This document shows, piece by piece, positions 23,202-24,166 of a stretch of DNA of 24,166 nt (the first letter of the stretch is position 1; every line of letters starts with the position of its first letter). Both the position numbers and the translations under genes were made by a program. The notes beneath the pieces were generated by a model. That model made no database searches, was not told where the DNA came from, and saw only the letters and a program-made list of their open reading frames with translations. The stretch is from a virus (Duplodnaviria > Caudoviricetes), in IMG/VR virus record IMGVR_UViG_3300027808_000165, positions 1 through 24,166 of that record. One strand, 5' to 3'.

Positions 23202-24166
23202 CTATAAATGTGATTGGTCTATTATCTTTTGACGCGCCTCTAATGCATTAGCTACGTTACCGGCAAGTACATAAGTCTCTAATCCACCTGGCGCATTGTT
23301 AGCGATATTAGCTCCGCTAAAATCTATAGCCGGTGCGTTGGTGCCTGTTGGTGCATTTAGATTAGCATTACTTCCTCCACCTGCGCCACCTCCTCCAAAT
23401 TGAGTCTGATTAATCTTAACTATGTTAGCTATTCCTGCTGCTGCTAATGCTGCTGCTTTTACAAAATTCATTCCTGTTAATTGATCCTGTGGTACAGCTA
23501 ACTGTTGAACTATACCTGAAGCCATGGCTATAGTAGCCTGTGCTTTTTGTAGCATTTTGTTACGCTCAAAAGTCTTACGCTGGCTTGCCTCATCTCCCTT
23601 AGCAGCTGCCTGATTCAAATCCATTAAAGCACCTACTGCAAGATCAGCCATTTCAAAATTTGCTGCAATATTTGCCATTCGTAAAGCTGCCTTTTCTTCT
23701 TCTAACTTTTTAGCATCAGCTAACTCTTTAGCTGCTAAGATTGCATTAGCCTCATTCTGCTTTTCTCTTGCTTCCTTTTCTTCATCTGCATATTTCTTTT
23801 GAATATCAGCAATTTGCTTACTTAAATTCTCAGCTATCAAAGCTTCAGCTGCAGCATCCTCTCCTGCTAATCTATAAAGCTCTTCACTTGCTTCAATAGC
23901 TGCTGTAATTTCTTTCTCTATTGCAGATTCTTGAATAGCCTGCATAGCTTTATACTTAGCATCTTCCGCAGCTATCTCTGCATCTCTTCTTTCTTGGTAG
24001 AGTTTCTTTGCGGCATCTAATTCATCTTGCGCTTTCTTTCGTGCATCTTCAGCTTTCTTATCTTTCTCTTTCTTAGCATCGTCATCTATCTTCTTAATAG
24101 ACAGTTGAAAGCCTATGTAATCACTCTCCATCTGAGCAATCTCATGGCGCTGCTTATCTAACGAAT
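23202..24166 (-). CDS. tape measure protein, C-terminal part (5' truncated by the window)
   Basis: The frame is open to the window edge. Long Ala/Glu/Lys coiled coil, hydrophobic Ala-rich segment, Gly linker and terminal YVLAGNV motif. Confidence 0.65.
   Translation of the reverse strand, partial: SLDKQRHEIAQMESDYIGFQLSIKKIDDDAKKEKDKKAEDARKKAQDELDAAKKLYQERRDAEIAAEDAKYKAMQAIQESAIEKEITAAIEASEELYRLAGEDAAAEALIAENLSKQIADIQKKYADEEKEAREKQNEANAILAAKELADAKKLEEEKAALRMANIAANFEMADLAVGALMDLNQAAAKGDEASQRKTFERNKMLQKAQATIAMASGIVQQLAVPQDQLTGMNFVKAAALAAAGIANIVKINQTQFGGGGAGGGSNANLNAPTGTNAPAIDFSGANIANNAPGGLETYVLAGNVANALEARQKIIDQSHL

Noticed and set aside
1-24166. Stop-codon reassignment, tRNA genes, integrase or introns
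   Set aside because: Genes are intact and tightly packed in the standard code. I recognised no cloverleaf, recombinase or intron signature by eye.

Overview
The window is 24 kb of a tailed dsDNA phage genome, most likely siphovirus-like with a Bacteroidota/Flavobacteriia host. The host inference rests on TAnnTTTG promoters and A-rich start regions without Shine-Dalgarno sequences. All credible protein genes are on the - strand. Reading in that direction the order is: tape-measure C-terminus, XkdF-like prohead protease, scaffold, major capsid, tail tube, portal, adaptor, lysis cassette, early small genes, SSB, DnaA domain IV protein, replication proteins, XRE HTH, metallophosphoesterase, TerL, VRR-NUC, ECF-like sigma factor, a structured non-coding region, TerS, frameshifted tail chaperone, tail-terminator/fibre fusion and tail proteins. 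No polymerase, helicase, primase or integrase is visible. The most unusual signals are non-coding or unannotated. (1) A + strand ~80-nt sRNA candidate is complementary to the start regions of several phage early and replication genes. (2) A perfect 25+25 bp homopurine mirror repeat (H-DNA type) lies in a probable origin region, downstream of a promoter and attenuator-like RNA. (3) A 49-aa peptide resembles the C-terminal redox tail of ribonucleotide reductase. (4) A dnaX-type slippery site could truncate the portal. (5) A TTCCACTA motif occurs four times, always between genes. (6) The lysis cassette has an L,D-transpeptidase-fold lysin and atypical spanins. All functional calls come from motifs read by eye; no searches were run.
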